A DNA stretch of 64,000 bases from an uncultured Elusimicrobia bacterium (GTDB taxonomy: Bacteria; Elusimicrobiota; Elusimicrobia; 2-01-FULL-59-12). Positions within the stretch are counted from its first letter, which is position 1. Every line of letters starts with the position of its first letter. Positions 39,439 to 49,296 of this stretch are shown here, piece after piece. A program made the position numbers and the translations under genes. The notes below the pieces were generated by a model. The model was not told where the DNA came from. It saw only the letters and a list, made by a program, of their open reading frames with translations, and made no database searches. The stretch spans positions 1,696,001 to 1,760,000 of the forward strand of contig OY969767.1 in assembly GCA_963702895.1 (NCBI GenBank), written 5' to 3'.

Positions 39439-40529
39439 GGGCCCAGCGCATGGATGTTTTATCTCCGGTGCCCTCACCCGTTGCCCATTGGGCAACGCCC
39501 TCTCCCACCTTCGGCGGGAGAGGGAGTCCTCGTCGCTCCCTGCCGCCCGAGTATCAGCGCGAGATTCCTGTGGGCCCCCTCTTTCATCACGTGAATCAGG
39601 TGGTCGACGCCGGAAAGCTCAACACCATTTGCGTCAGCGGCAAATGCCCGAATCGCGGAGAATGTTTCTCCAGAGGAAGCCTCGCCTTTATGATCCTGGG
39701 CGACACCTGCACCCGGCATTGCAGCTTCTGTGCCGTCAAAGCCGGCAATCCGCAAGGTGTCGTGGACTGGGATGAGCCCCGGCGTGTTGCGCATGCGGTC
39801 CAGGCGCTTCACTTGAAACATGTTGTGATCACGGCGGTGGCGCGTGATGATCTGGAAGACGGCGGGGCTTGCGTCTTTGCGGCCTGCATCCGTGAAGTGC
39901 GCCAAGCGTCTCCCAAGACGATCGTTGAAGTGCTGACTTCCGATTTTGAAGGAAACACCGCCGCCATCGATACGGTCCTTGCGGCCAGGCCGGATATTTT
40001 TAATCACAACCTCGAAACCGTTGAGCGGCTCACCCCGAAAATCCGGTCGAAAGCCACCTATCAGAGATCCTTAGAGGTGCTGAGCTATATCAACAGCCAA
40101 ACGATGAAATTCGCTCATTCCCGCCTCTCCCGGCGGAAGACGGGAGAGGCTATCGGTGAGGGCAAAAACTATGTGCCCTCATCCCAGCCTTCTCCCAACC
40201 TTTGGTTTGGGAGAAGGGGTCTCATAACGAAATCCGGACTGATGCTGGGTCTTGGCGAAACGCGTGAAGAAGTCCTGCAAGCGCTTATGGACCTTCGTTC
40301 GGTAGGCTGTGACTACCTGACCCTCGGCCAGTATCTGCAGCCTTCCACGAAGCACCTCACGATTCAAAACTTTGTGCCGCTCGAGCACTTCCGGTATTGG
40401 AAGGACAAAGCGCTTGAGCTGGGATTCCGCAGCGTCGCCTCAGGACCTCTCGTGCGCAGCTCCTATTTCGCGGATCGACTTTACGAAGCGTCCGACGTCC
40501 AACGTCCGACGCCGGAGGCCGTGGCATGA
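39435..40529 (+). CDS. lipA: Lipoyl synthase (contains repeat-derived insertions)
   Basis: CX4CX5C (CVSGKCPNRGEC), CX3CX2C (CTRHCSFC), HNLETV, KSGLMLGLGE, VRSSY. Confidence 0.93.
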   Translation: MRAQRMDVLSPVPSPVAHWATPSPTFGGRGSPRRSLPPEYQREIPVGPLFHHVNQVVDAGKLNTICVSGKCPNRGECFSRGSLAFMILGDTCTRHCSFCAVKAGNPQGVVDWDEPRRVAHAVQALHLKHVVITAVARDDLEDGGACVFAACIREVRQASPKTIVEVLTSDFEGNTAAIDTVLAARPDIFNHNLETVERLTPKIRSKATYQRSLEVLSYINSQTMKFAHSRLSRRKTGEAIGEGKNYVPSSQPSPNLWFGRRGLITKSGLMLGLGETREEVLQALMDLRSVGCDYLTLGQYLQPSTKHLTIQNFVPLEHFRYWKDKALELGFRSVASGPLVRSSYFADRLYEASDVQRPTPEAVA

Positions 40530-41707
40530 CCCTCTCCTCACAGGACGTCGCACCTCGGACGTCGGACGGCCTTCGCAGAAGTCCTCTTCACGAATGGCAT
40601 GCGCGCTCGGGTGCCAAGCTGATTGACTTCTACGGTTGGGAGCTGCCGGTCCAGTATTCCAGCATCATGGATGAGCACACCAGCGTCCGCCATGCCGCTG
40701 GACTCTTTGACATCTCCCATATGGGCCAAATCATGATCGAGGGAAACGGCGCTTTCGAGTTCATTCAGAAACTGATCACCGGTGACCTGACCCGCACCAC
40801 GGAAAGGAACTTGGGAACCTATGGCCACATGTGCCTGCCCACAGGCGGCATCATCGATGACGTCCTGGTATACGGTCTGAAAGATGCCCGGCGTTATCTC
40901 ATGGTGGTCAACGGCGCTACTCACGCGAAAGATCTCGTGTGGCTGATGAAACATGCCACGCGTGATGTGGTGGTCACGGATCTGGCGGGCCGCGCCGGCT
41001 TCGCGGTCCAGGGCCCAAGGGCGCTCGCGATCACGAAGGACACGATTGCCGGTATCGCCGAGCTGCCGCGCTTTGCCTTTCAACAGATTCAAGGCGGAAT
41101 CCCTGATGAAACCTTCTGGGGATGCCGGACAGGTTATACGGGCGAAGACGGCGCGGAATTCTTCGGGCCGGCCAGGACCATTGTCGCACTCTGGAAACAG
41201 ATGCTGGAAATTGGCGCTCCGCAGGGGCTTAAGCCGTGCGGCCTTGGCGCTCGCGACACCCTGCGCCTTGAGGCCGGCTATCCTCTCTATGGCCACGAAC
41301 TCACCGAAGACCGGACGTCCCTTGAAGCGAACATGGAATGGGCCGTGAAATGGAACAAAGGAGACTTCATCGGGCGGCAGGCCCTCGAGAAACAGAAGCA
41401 AGAAGGCGTCAAAGATCAGCTCCTGGCCTACGAGCTGCTAGAGCGAGGCGTCCCCCGACAGGGAGCCAAGGTCATTCGAAATGGGGAGCCCTGGGGCCTC
41501 ACCACGAGCGGCACCTTTTCCCCCACTCTGCAAAAGGGCATCGGTTTGGCCTATGCCCCCGTTTCATGGAATAATGTCGGCGCTGTGCTGGAGGTAGAGC
41601 TTCACAACAAGCGTGTTCCAGCCCGTGTCGTTGCGCTGCCCTTTTACAAAGTCCGTCCTACGTCCGACGTTCGACGTCGGACGCCGGACCTCGGACGGGA
41701 GTCCTAA
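40526..41707 (+). CDS. gcvT: Glycine cleavage system T protein
   Basis: FYGWELPVQY, GLFDISHMG, RTGYTGEDG.E, GLGARDTLRLEAG. Confidence 0.96.
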   Translation: MTLSSQDVAPRTSDGLRRSPLHEWHARSGAKLIDFYGWELPVQYSSIMDEHTSVRHAAGLFDISHMGQIMIEGNGAFEFIQKLITGDLTRTTERNLGTYGHMCLPTGGIIDDVLVYGLKDARRYLMVVNGATHAKDLVWLMKHATRDVVVTDLAGRAGFAVQGPRALAITKDTIAGIAELPRFAFQQIQGGIPDETFWGCRTGYTGEDGAEFFGPARTIVALWKQMLEIGAPQGLKPCGLGARDTLRLEAGYPLYGHELTEDRTSLEANMEWAVKWNKGDFIGRQALEKQKQEGVKDQLLAYELLERGVPRQGAKVIRNGEPWGLTTSGTFSPTLQKGIGLAYAPVSWNNVGAVLEVELHNKRVPARVVALPFYKVRPTSDVRRRTPDLGRES

Positions 41708-41717
41708 GGAGATTAAT

Positions 41718-42107
41718 GTGAGCAACCGTCGCTATACCAAAAGTCATGAATGGATTCGCCTGGAAGGCAGCACCGCTTATGTTGGAATTTCAGACCACGC
41801 CCAAAAGGAAGTGACGGACGTCGTCTATGTCGAAATGCCCCCCCTCGGCAAATCTTTAAACGCGGGGGACGAGGTCACGACTTTGGAATCGGTCAAGGCC
41901 GCCTTCAGCATTTACGCGCCCGTCGCCGGCAAGATCTCCAAGGTCAACACGGCCCTCGAAGCCGATCCCGGCCTGATCAACAAATCTCCCTATGAGAACG
42001 GCTGGATTTACGCTCTTGAAGCGCCAAATCCCGCCCCGCTCAATAGCCTGATGAGCGAAGAACAATATCAGGATTTCCTCAAAAGCGGTGCGGTCGCCCC
42101 TTCATGA
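41718..42107 (+). CDS. gcvH: Glycine cleavage system H protein
   Basis: YTKSHEW, GISDHAQ, ESVKA (lipoyl-Lys), SPYENGW; RBS AAGGAG with GTG start. Confidence 0.95.
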   Translation: MSNRRYTKSHEWIRLEGSTAYVGISDHAQKEVTDVVYVEMPPLGKSLNAGDEVTTLESVKAAFSIYAPVAGKISKVNTALEADPGLINKSPYENGWIYALEAPNPAPLNSLMSEEQYQDFLKSGAVAPS

Positions 42108-42127
42108 GCTCGGCATGGCAAGACGCA

Positions 42128-42156
42128 TTGACAACTTTGGGACAGGGGTCTAAAAT
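42128..42156 (+). promoter_or_regulatory. sigma70-type promoter
   Basis: TTGACA-N17-TAAAAT. Confidence 0.65.
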
Positions 42157-42226
42157 GGGGTTGAAGGAAGAAACACCCCCAAGGAGGTCATCCATGCGAA
42201 ACGACAGTTAGCCGCCACCGGAATAA

Positions 42227-42682
42227 ATGACCGATGGCGCTCAAGCTCGAATGCAGAGGAGAGTCGCCATGAATACCGCAGCCGTTTCATACGCCGCACC
42301 ATCCAACCGCCGGATCCAAAGTCGCCGTATCACCGCAGAACCCTACGCGCCTTACCATGCCATGGAAGAGGGGGTGCCCCGCTTCAAGGACCTCCGTTCC
42401 TTCGATCTGATGCCTGGCCCCATCATTGCGCTCAGAGCTCCAGGAATAGAGCGCCGGCAGCGTTTCGACAGGCGTCACAGGGTCGAAATCACCGCAAGAA
42501 GAGAGCTTGCGACAGGGTTTCATCCAACCCTTGTTGCGGCGATGGCCTTCTTGCTTGTGATGAGCTTCGCCACAACACTCTCGCGAACCCGCCGCAGCGA
42601 GATTCGGGCTCATGCTTATATTGACTTGGTTGTGCCCGTGTACGAGTGGCGAGGATTCCACCGAGTCCCGCGCACGCCGTAG
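42227..42682 (+). CDS. Hypothetical protein with C-terminal TM helix
   Basis: ORF downstream of a consensus promoter; no recognised motif. Confidence 0.45.
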   Translation: MTDGAQARMQRRVAMNTAAVSYAAPSNRRIQSRRITAEPYAPYHAMEEGVPRFKDLRSFDLMPGPIIALRAPGIERRQRFDRRHRVEITARRELATGFHPTLVAAMAFLLVMSFATTLSRTRRSEIRAHAYIDLVVPVYEWRGFHRVPRTP

Positions 42683-42734
42683 CGTGAGCCAAAGACCGCT
42701 GGTTTTGGCGTCTTGAGAATCCCGACTGCCTTGT

Positions 42735-43283
42735 CTAGGAGAGGAAGCGATCAGCGTTGTGTCGTAGGGCCTGGCGCCCGTTACTCGGTCTCCCTCCCGC
42801 GTTCACATAGTCGCGTGACAAGAGAGCAATACCCAACGCGATAAGGACACCGAAGAAGTACCCTCCGATCACATCCGTCAGGTAGTGCACCCCAAGAGAC
42901 ACCCGGCTGTACCCCACCACCCCAACCCAGAGCATGGCGCCCAGGATACAGACGGGGCGCCACCCGCGGTGGCGCCGGGTGAGCAGCCAAACGAGAAGGA
43001 TGCTGAAGAGGGTCACCGACAACGCATGGCCGGATGGAAAGCCGAAGGAGTCGACCAGGAAACTTCCCGGCGGACGCGGCCTGGCAAAGAGCTCTTTGAG
43101 CCACGGCGTGAGGGCCGACCCGCAGACCGTCCCGACCACGAGAACCAGGGCTTGCCTTGCTTTGCCGGAGAACATCCAGAAGAGGCCGACCAGAGCCGCC
43201 CAGAAGGTGTTGGCCCGGCCGCTGGACAAAAGCGACACAAGCTCAAGCCATCGCTGAAAATCACCCACCGCCGGATTCGACAA
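42735..43283 (-). CDS. PAP2-family membrane phosphatase
   Basis: K.LFARPRP, FPSGH, SRVSLGVHYLTDV. Confidence 0.9.
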   Translation of the reverse strand: MSNPAVGDFQRWLELVSLLSSGRANTFWAALVGLFWMFSGKARQALVLVVGTVCGSALTPWLKELFARPRPPGSFLVDSFGFPSGHALSVTLFSILLVWLLTRRHRGWRPVCILGAMLWVGVVGYSRVSLGVHYLTDVIGGYFFGVLIALGIALLSRDYVNAGGRPSNGRQALRHNADRFLS

Positions 43284-43312
43284 GCCTTAAACGATCGGAG
43301 CAGAGCAACGGT

Positions 43313-43819
43313 TCATCGGGCCGCCTTCCAAATGCGCTCGAACTCACCTTTCAGGTGCTTGATAATGCGCTTGTCTGAGGTGAACCCTCCGACATCTTCC
43401 CCTTCGCTGCGGAGGTCGGTGCGGTTGTAGCTGGGAGTCGCCGCTTCGATACCATCGATGATAATGCACTTTTCATGGAGCACATCGAACTGCGCAAGCG
43501 AGAGGTTGCGGAGCGCGATTTTATTTTCGCTGAGGATCTTCTCGGCGGACGATGCTTCTGAAGACCGCTGCTTGTCCAGGATGACCCGGACCCGGACTCC
43601 GCGCTGACGGGCCTCAACGAGCGCGCTGGCGATCACCTCTGAACCCACCCCATAGACCAGCACATCGATGCTCTGACGCGCGCCCTCGATATGACGGATG
43701 ATCTCATCATGCAGGTCGCCTGTGGCGACGGCAGAAATCCACAAGCAACACGCCAGCACGAGGGCCCGGTAACGACTCTTCAAGATCCGAAGTGCCAAGC
43801 TCGACCCTTTCTCACGCAC
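43313..43819 (-). CDS. Single-HKD phospholipase D/nuclease-like protein
   Basis: SIDV.VY, RGVRVRVILD, LHEKCIIIDG...SYN. Confidence 0.8.
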   Translation of the reverse strand: MREKGSSLALRILKSRYRALVLACCLWISAVATGDLHDEIIRHIEGARQSIDVLVYGVGSEVIASALVEARQRGVRVRVILDKQRSSEASSAEKILSENKIALRNLSLAQFDVLHEKCIIIDGIEAATPSYNRTDLRSEGEDVGGFTSDKRIIKHLKGEFERIWKAAR

Positions 43820-43892
43820 CGAAAGGATACCGCTTTAGAGAACGCTTGGCCAGTGTGGTGATTCCAACGTAGCTTTATTTATGCGGGAGCGC

Positions 43893-44372
43893 TTAAGCGC
43901 CTTCGGAGGCCAAAAAAGAGCCGAGGTGCTGAATCCATTTCGCAGGAAGACGATGCGCTTTCGCGGCGTTCATGACGGCCTGAAGGTAGGAAGACGAGAG
44001 CTGAAGCGTTTTCAAATCGGCTTTGGCGTAGAGCAGAAGTGCGGGCGTCTCTTCCCCTTGTAAAGTCTGTACGGGCGCCAGGGAGAGGCTGTACTGTGCC
44101 GCATGGCCTTCTTTGAGCGCACCAACCGAAATTGTGTCCCCGGGATGCAGTTCATACCGGACGCCGTAGACGGAACTTCCCACGTCCGGCACCACGTTGA
44201 AAATGCCGCCGCGCCAATTCTTCGAATCGATATCACAAACCAAACGGTACCCTTTTAAGACCGCGGGCTGACTCTTGGCAAAACGCATCCGCTGACGGCG
44301 CCGGCGATCCTGCTGCAGGTTCAGCTCATTCAGATCCATATCCACGCCATACGCAAAGTAATAGACTTTCAT
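43893..44372 (-). CDS. Gamma-glutamylcyclotransferase-like (GGCT/AIG2) protein
   Basis: YYFAYG..M, GYRL, VYGV.Y, EG, SYL......H.LP..W. Confidence 0.75.
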   Translation of the reverse strand: MKVYYFAYGVDMDLNELNLQQDRRRRQRMRFAKSQPAVLKGYRLVCDIDSKNWRGGIFNVVPDVGSSVYGVRYELHPGDTISVGALKEGHAAQYSLSLAPVQTLQGEETPALLLYAKADLKTLQLSSSYLQAVMNAAKAHRLPAKWIQHLGSFLASEGA

Positions 44373-44599
44373 AAGGGAAACATTATACTCCGCCGCTGAC
44401 ACCCGCGGGGGATGACATCGCAGGAACATAGGACACCGTGTCCAGGCAAGTGTTCATTCTTGAGTCTATGCTCCGTCGGCCGTGGTCAGTGGTATGTGAA
44501 CGGCGGGGCAAGAAATGGGGCCATCAGGTGCGGACCTAGGCGGCATTCCATGGCCCATGAGGAGTAGGCCCTCAACGCTTCGCTCTTCCCCCATCCAAG

Positions 44600-44638
44600 A
44601 GAAGGCCTTCCTCAGAATTTGAGGAAGGCCTTTCTTTT
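44600..44638. terminator. Hairpin terminator downstream of type III GS
   Basis: aaggccttcctca-gaatt-tgaggaaggcctt. Confidence 0.65.
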
Positions 44639-44657
44639 GAGGATGGGTTATGGGTTC

Positions 44658-46814
44658 TTAGAACCCAAAGAGCATGTCCGCGTAGGACGGCACCGGCCAG
44701 AGGTCCTTTGGCAGGAGCTGCTCCAGCGCGTCGATATCCTCGCGCAGCGCCGCTTGGGCCGTGAACACCTTGTCGCGGAAGGCGTGGGCCTTCTTCTCGG
44801 TGTTCGAGGCCGCGTCGGCGACATCGCGCGCCGCTTCCAGGGCGGCGGTTTTCTTGATCGCCGAACCCAGCAGCTCGTTCACGCGGCCGAGCAGGGCGGC
44901 CTGAGCTGAAGCATCGGCGCCCGCGCTCTTGAGCGCGTTCACGGTATCCGCCAGCTCGCCGGTATAGGCGACCACGGCCGGGATGTACTGCGTCCTGGCC
45001 ATGCGGATGGCGGTCTTGGCCTCAATGTTGATGTGCTTGGCGTACATCTCCAAGTAAACCTCGAAACGGCTCTGCAACTCCCGCTTCGAAAACACCTTGT
45101 ACTTGCCGAAGAGTTGGTAGGCTTCCTTCGTGTTCAGTGATTCCAGGGACTCCACCCAGGACGGGACGTTGGCCAACCCACGTTTCTTCGCTTCGTCGAT
45201 CCACTCCGGGGTATAGTTGTTCCCGTTGAAAACCACGCGGCTGTGTTTCTTATAGATTTCTTTGACGATCCGCTGGGCTTCCTTGTTGACATCCTTTGCC
45301 GTCTCCAGGCGCGTCGCGATCTCGTCGAGCGCCTCGGCGGCGATGGTGTTCAGGACGACGTTCGGCCCGGAGATGGAGTTGGAGGACGCCACCGTGCGGA
45401 ACTCGAACTTGTTGCCGGTAAAGGCGAACGGAGAGCTGCGGTTCCGGTCGGTGTTGTCCTTGGGCAGGGCCGGCAGGTGGTCGACTCCGATATTGAGAAA
45501 GGTCTGGCCGCGGCCTTTGTATTCCTGCCCGGCCGCGATCGATTCCATGATCTCGGTGAGCTCGGCGCCCAGGAAGATCGAGATGATCGCCGGCGGAGCC
45601 TCATTGGCCCCGAGGCGCAGATCATTGCCGGGGTTCGACGCCGCGGCGCGCAGCATGGTGGGATGCTTGTCCACCGCCATGATCAGCGCGGAGAGGAACA
45701 ACAAGAACTGCTCGTTCTGGTGGGGGGTCTTGCCGGGATTGAGCAGGTTGTCCCCGTCGTCTGTCGCGAGCGACCAGTTGTTGTGCTTGCCGGAGCCGTT
45801 CACGCCGGCAAATGGCTTTTCGTAGAGCAGGCAGACCAGGCCGTGCCGGAGGGCGACCTTTTGCAGGGTCTCCATCACCAGCTGGTTGTGGTCCGCGGCG
45901 ACGTTGATGGTCTCAAACATCGGGGCCATCTCGTACTGCGCCGGAGCCACTTCGTTGTGCTTGGTCTTGGACGGGATGCCCATTTTCCAGAGCTCGATGT
46001 CCAGGTCATGCATGAACCGGGAGATCCGGTCCTTGATGGCGCCGAAATACTGGTCTTCCAGTTCCTGCCCCTTGGGCGGCGGCGCCCCGAAGAGCGTGCG
46101 GCCCGTGGAAATCAGGTCCAGGCGCTGTTCAAACCACTCTTTATCGATCAGGAAGTACTCCTGTTCGGGTCCCATCGTCGCCATGACCCGTTTGGACGTC
46201 TTGTTGCCCAGGGCGCGCAGAACGCGCAACGCCTGCCTGGAAACCGCGTCCATCGAGCGCAGGAGCGGACTCTTCTTGTCCAGCGCTTCTCCGGTATAGG
46301 AAACAAAGGCGGTGGGAATGGTCAAGGTGACGTTTCCGGCATCGTCCGTTTTCAGGAACGCTGGCGAGCTGCAGTCCCAGGCGGTATAGCCACGGGCTTC
46401 AAACGTCGCGCGGATGCCGCCGGAAGGAAACGACGAGGCGTCCGGCTCACCCTTGATGAGCTGGCTGCCGGAGAATTCGGCGATGGCGGTGCCGTCCTTT
46501 TGCGGCGTCAGGAAGGAGTCATGCTTTTCGGCGGTGATCCCCGTGAGCGGCTGGAACCAGTGCGTGTAGTGCGTCGCGCCGCGCTCCATGGCCCATTTCT
46601 TCATGTCGGCGGCGACGGCGTTGGCTGTGGCGACGTCGAGGGCAAACCCCTCGTCCATCGTCTTCTTGAGGGAGGCGAAGACGGTCTTGGAGAGGCGCTT
46701 GCGCATGAGCGCCTCGTTGTAGACATTGGCGCCAAAGGTGTTCCTCAAATCATGCGTGTGATCGACACCGTTGGTATGAATTTTTGTGGAGCGGCTCAGT
46801 GTGAGTTCGGTCAT
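44658..46814 (-). CDS. Glutamine synthetase type III (GlnN-like)
   Basis: [87 protein letters not shown]. Confidence 0.96.
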   Translation of the reverse strand: MTELTLSRSTKIHTNGVDHTHDLRNTFGANVYNEALMRKRLSKTVFASLKKTMDEGFALDVATANAVAADMKKWAMERGATHYTHWFQPLTGITAEKHDSFLTPQKDGTAIAEFSGSQLIKGEPDASSFPSGGIRATFEARGYTAWDCSSPAFLKTDDAGNVTLTIPTAFVSYTGEALDKKSPLLRSMDAVSRQALRVLRALGNKTSKRVMATMGPEQEYFLIDKEWFEQRLDLISTGRTLFGAPPPKGQELEDQYFGAIKDRISRFMHDLDIELWKMGIPSKTKHNEVAPAQYEMAPMFETINVAADHNQLVMETLQKVALRHGLVCLLYEKPFAGVNGSGKHNNWSLATDDGDNLLNPGKTPHQNEQFLLFLSALIMAVDKHPTMLRAAASNPGNDLRLGANEAPPAIISIFLGAELTEIMESIAAGQEYKGRGQTFLNIGVDHLPALPKDNTDRNRSSPFAFTGNKFEFRTVASSNSISGPNVVLNTIAAEALDEIATRLETAKDVNKEAQRIVKEIYKKHSRVVFNGNNYTPEWIDEAKKRGLANVPSWVESLESLNTKEAYQLFGKYKVFSKRELQSRFEVYLEMYAKHINIEAKTAIRMARTQYIPAVVAYTGELADTVNALKSAGADASAQAALLGRVNELLGSAIKKTAALEAARDVADAASNTEKKAHAFRDKVFTAQAALREDIDALEQLLPKDLWPVPSYADMLFGF

Positions 46815-46996
46815 TGGATGTCCCTTTCGTTTTTTCATAAAACTCAATCACAGATTCGTTGGTCCCCGACATAACACCGTTGGCGGGCCCACCCCAAAGT
46901 CTGCGGCGGGGAATCTGTGAACGCCCTTGTTCAAAGATTGGTTTAGGATTGGTGCTGCGTGAAGCAAAGAGAGTCTACCAAACCCCCAGCCGAGGG

Positions 46997-47788
46997 TCAA
47001 GACGACCTGGGGAGGCCCCCATCCTCTCCGGCGCGCCAGAGAAGGACGGTCACGTTGTCGCCGGTGATGCGGCGAACGGCGTCCTGGATCAGATCCTGAG
47101 CGTCTTGGCCGTTCTGGATAGCCTGCGCGATGTGCTTGAGTTGACCTTCAAAATCAAGGTCGTCCCCATCCAGAACGCCATCCGTCGCGAGAAACACCCA
47201 ACTTCCCCTCCCCAGCGGCACCTTGAAGAGATCGGGTTGGCGATCCAGGATCCGTGAGAGTGTCCTATCCCCAAACGATCGGGACATCTGTAAGCCCGCG
47301 CCAGGGTCACGGGGATCCTCCAGATAGCCTCCCATGTAGCGCGCGCCGCGCTCAAGCGCCCGCGCGCGCTCTTTGAGATTACTGCGGGCGTTGTGGAGCG
47401 GCCCGATCCATAAGGGACGACCCGGCGCATGGACCACCACGGGAGAATCGCCCAGGATGGCCACATAACAAAACTCGGGATTTTCGGGGATGAAAACCGC
47501 CGACAAGGTTGAGCCGGATTCCTCGCTTTGCGTCTGGCGCTCCAGTTCCCTGAAGGTATCTTCCAGCGCGGCCAAGGGTTCCGAAGGATGAGCCAGACGT
47601 GCTCTTTCAAACAGGGGGACGATCTGTCCGGCAAGAACATCGGCGGCTTCAGGCCCGCCGTGCCCGTCCATCACGGCGCGCAGCGTTCCTGCGGGCGGCC
47701 CTGAGACCTTCGCGACAACATAACGATCCTGCTGCTCGGCCCGCATGCCTTGTGCCGTCGCTTGTGTCATACGGGGCGTGGAAGGCAT
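46997..47788 (-). CDS. PP2C-family Ser/Thr phosphatase
   Basis: QQD, DGHGG, GSTL, GDS, SRSFGD, ATDGV.D, GDNVTV. Confidence 0.9.
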   Translation of the reverse strand: MPSTPRMTQATAQGMRAEQQDRYVVAKVSGPPAGTLRAVMDGHGGPEAADVLAGQIVPLFERARLAHPSEPLAALEDTFRELERQTQSEESGSTLSAVFIPENPEFCYVAILGDSPVVVHAPGRPLWIGPLHNARSNLKERARALERGARYMGGYLEDPRDPGAGLQMSRSFGDRTLSRILDRQPDLFKVPLGRGSWVFLATDGVLDGDDLDFEGQLKHIAQAIQNGQDAQDLIQDAVRRITGDNVTVLLWRAGEDGGLPRSS

Positions 47789-47871
47789 GGGAGAATCCTA
47801 GCATAGAGCGAGAGAGGGACAGTCCCTCGGGCTGTCCCTGGGATGTACGCTCTTGTATAATCCCGGACGTT

Positions 47872-49206
47872 ATGGATTTCACGCCGCACACCGACGCCGA
47901 ACGAAAAGAGATGCTGGCCGCCATCGGCGTCAAGCGCTTTCAGGACCTCGTTCGGGATCTTCCTCTGTCATCCAAGGAATGCGACATTCCCAGCGGCCTC
48001 TCAGAAGGGGAAGTGGTGCGGCTCGCCCTGGAGCTGGGCTCCAGGAACCAGGCGGCGCCCCGGCTGACGTCCTATCTCGGAGCGGGAGCCTACGATCATT
48101 TCTCCCCCGCCGCGATCTCCGCGCTCATGAGCCGCGGGGAATTCCTGACGTCTTACACGCCTTATCAACCGGAAGTCAGCCAGGGAACTCTGCAGACCCT
48201 CTACGAATTTCAAAGCATGATCTGCGAGCTCATGGCGATGGACGTGACCAACGCCGGCATGTACGAAGGCGCGAGCGCCCTGGCGGAAGCCGTGCTTCTC
48301 GCGCTTCGTGAAACCGGCCGCAAGAAGGTCCTGATCCCCCAGAGCCTGCATCCGGATTACCGCGCCGTGCTTTCGACTTATACGCTTGAGTCCGGCACGG
48401 AACTCATCGATATTCCCCATCAAAATGGGCAGCTGGACATGGCGTTTGTGGCCCAAAACCTGAACGCCGAAGTGGCCGCGGTCGTCGTGCAGAATCCAAA
48501 TTTCTTTGGCCTTGTTGAGAAAGCTGAACTCGTCGCGCCGCTTGCCCAGGCCGCGGGCGCGCTCTTGATCGCGAGCGTCAATCCCATCTCGCTGGGACTT
48601 CTCGCGCCGCCCGGCGACTATGGAGCCGACATCGCGGTCGCGGAAGGCCAGTCCCTGGGCATCCCTCCCGGTTTCGGAGGGCCGCTGTTAGGGCTTCTGG
48701 CCTGCAAAACCAAGTGGCTGCGCAAGATGCCGGGGCGGCTCGTCGGGCAGACGGTCGACGTGGACGGCAAGCGGGCCTTCGTGCTGACCCTTCAGGCGCG
48801 CGAGCAGCATATCCGCCGCGAAAAAGCGACCTCAAACGTCTGCACCACGACGGCCCTCATCGGCTCCTGCGCCACATTCTATTTGTCGCTCGTTGGCAAA
48901 CAGGGCCTGCGCGAGGTGGCCTACCAGAATCTGGCGAAAGCCAGGTATGCTTTTGATCAGCTAACCCATGTCCCGGGCGTACGCGCACCCTTCAACGCCC
49001 CCTTCTTCAATGAATTTGTTCTCCAGACCAAAGTCCCATCCGAGGTCCTGCAGCAGCGGCTGCTTGAGCGGAACGTGATTTCGGGCCTGCCGATCAAGAA
49101 ATGGTACCCGGACCTGGAAAACGCATCGCTGTGGTGTTTCACGGAGACGAAGACAAAAGCCGATATCGATTCTTTGGTGAAAGCGATGAAGGAGGTTGTC
49201 GCTTAG
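47872..49206 (+). CDS. gcvPA: Glycine dehydrogenase subunit A
   Basis: MDFTPHT, YLGAGAYDH, TSYTPYQPEVSQG, REQHIRREKATSN. Confidence 0.96.
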   Translation: MDFTPHTDAERKEMLAAIGVKRFQDLVRDLPLSSKECDIPSGLSEGEVVRLALELGSRNQAAPRLTSYLGAGAYDHFSPAAISALMSRGEFLTSYTPYQPEVSQGTLQTLYEFQSMICELMAMDVTNAGMYEGASALAEAVLLALRETGRKKVLIPQSLHPDYRAVLSTYTLESGTELIDIPHQNGQLDMAFVAQNLNAEVAAVVVQNPNFFGLVEKAELVAPLAQAAGALLIASVNPISLGLLAPPGDYGADIAVAEGQSLGIPPGFGGPLLGLLACKTKWLRKMPGRLVGQTVDVDGKRAFVLTLQAREQHIRREKATSNVCTTTALIGSCATFYLSLVGKQGLREVAYQNLAKARYAFDQLTHVPGVRAPFNAPFFNEFVLQTKVPSEVLQQRLLERNVISGLPIKKWYPDLENASLWCFTETKTKADIDSLVKAMKEVVA

Positions 49207-49296
49207 CCGTCACCCCGGCGAAAGCCGGGGTCTATCAAATTTTCAAATGATGGATCCCCCACTTACAGCCGTGGGGGATGACGGTTGGACAACAAT

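Noticed and set aside
42181..42226. Strong RBS with mini-ORF MRNDS upstream of and in frame with ORF 42227
   Set aside because: Could be a leader peptide, but two in-frame stops and no further evidence make it unsupported.
45243..46874. 543-aa plus-strand ORF, and similar long antisense ORFs over lpdA, gcvT, sdhA, GH13 and the giant gene
   Set aside because: Antisense shadows of well-supported genes, expected at high GC.
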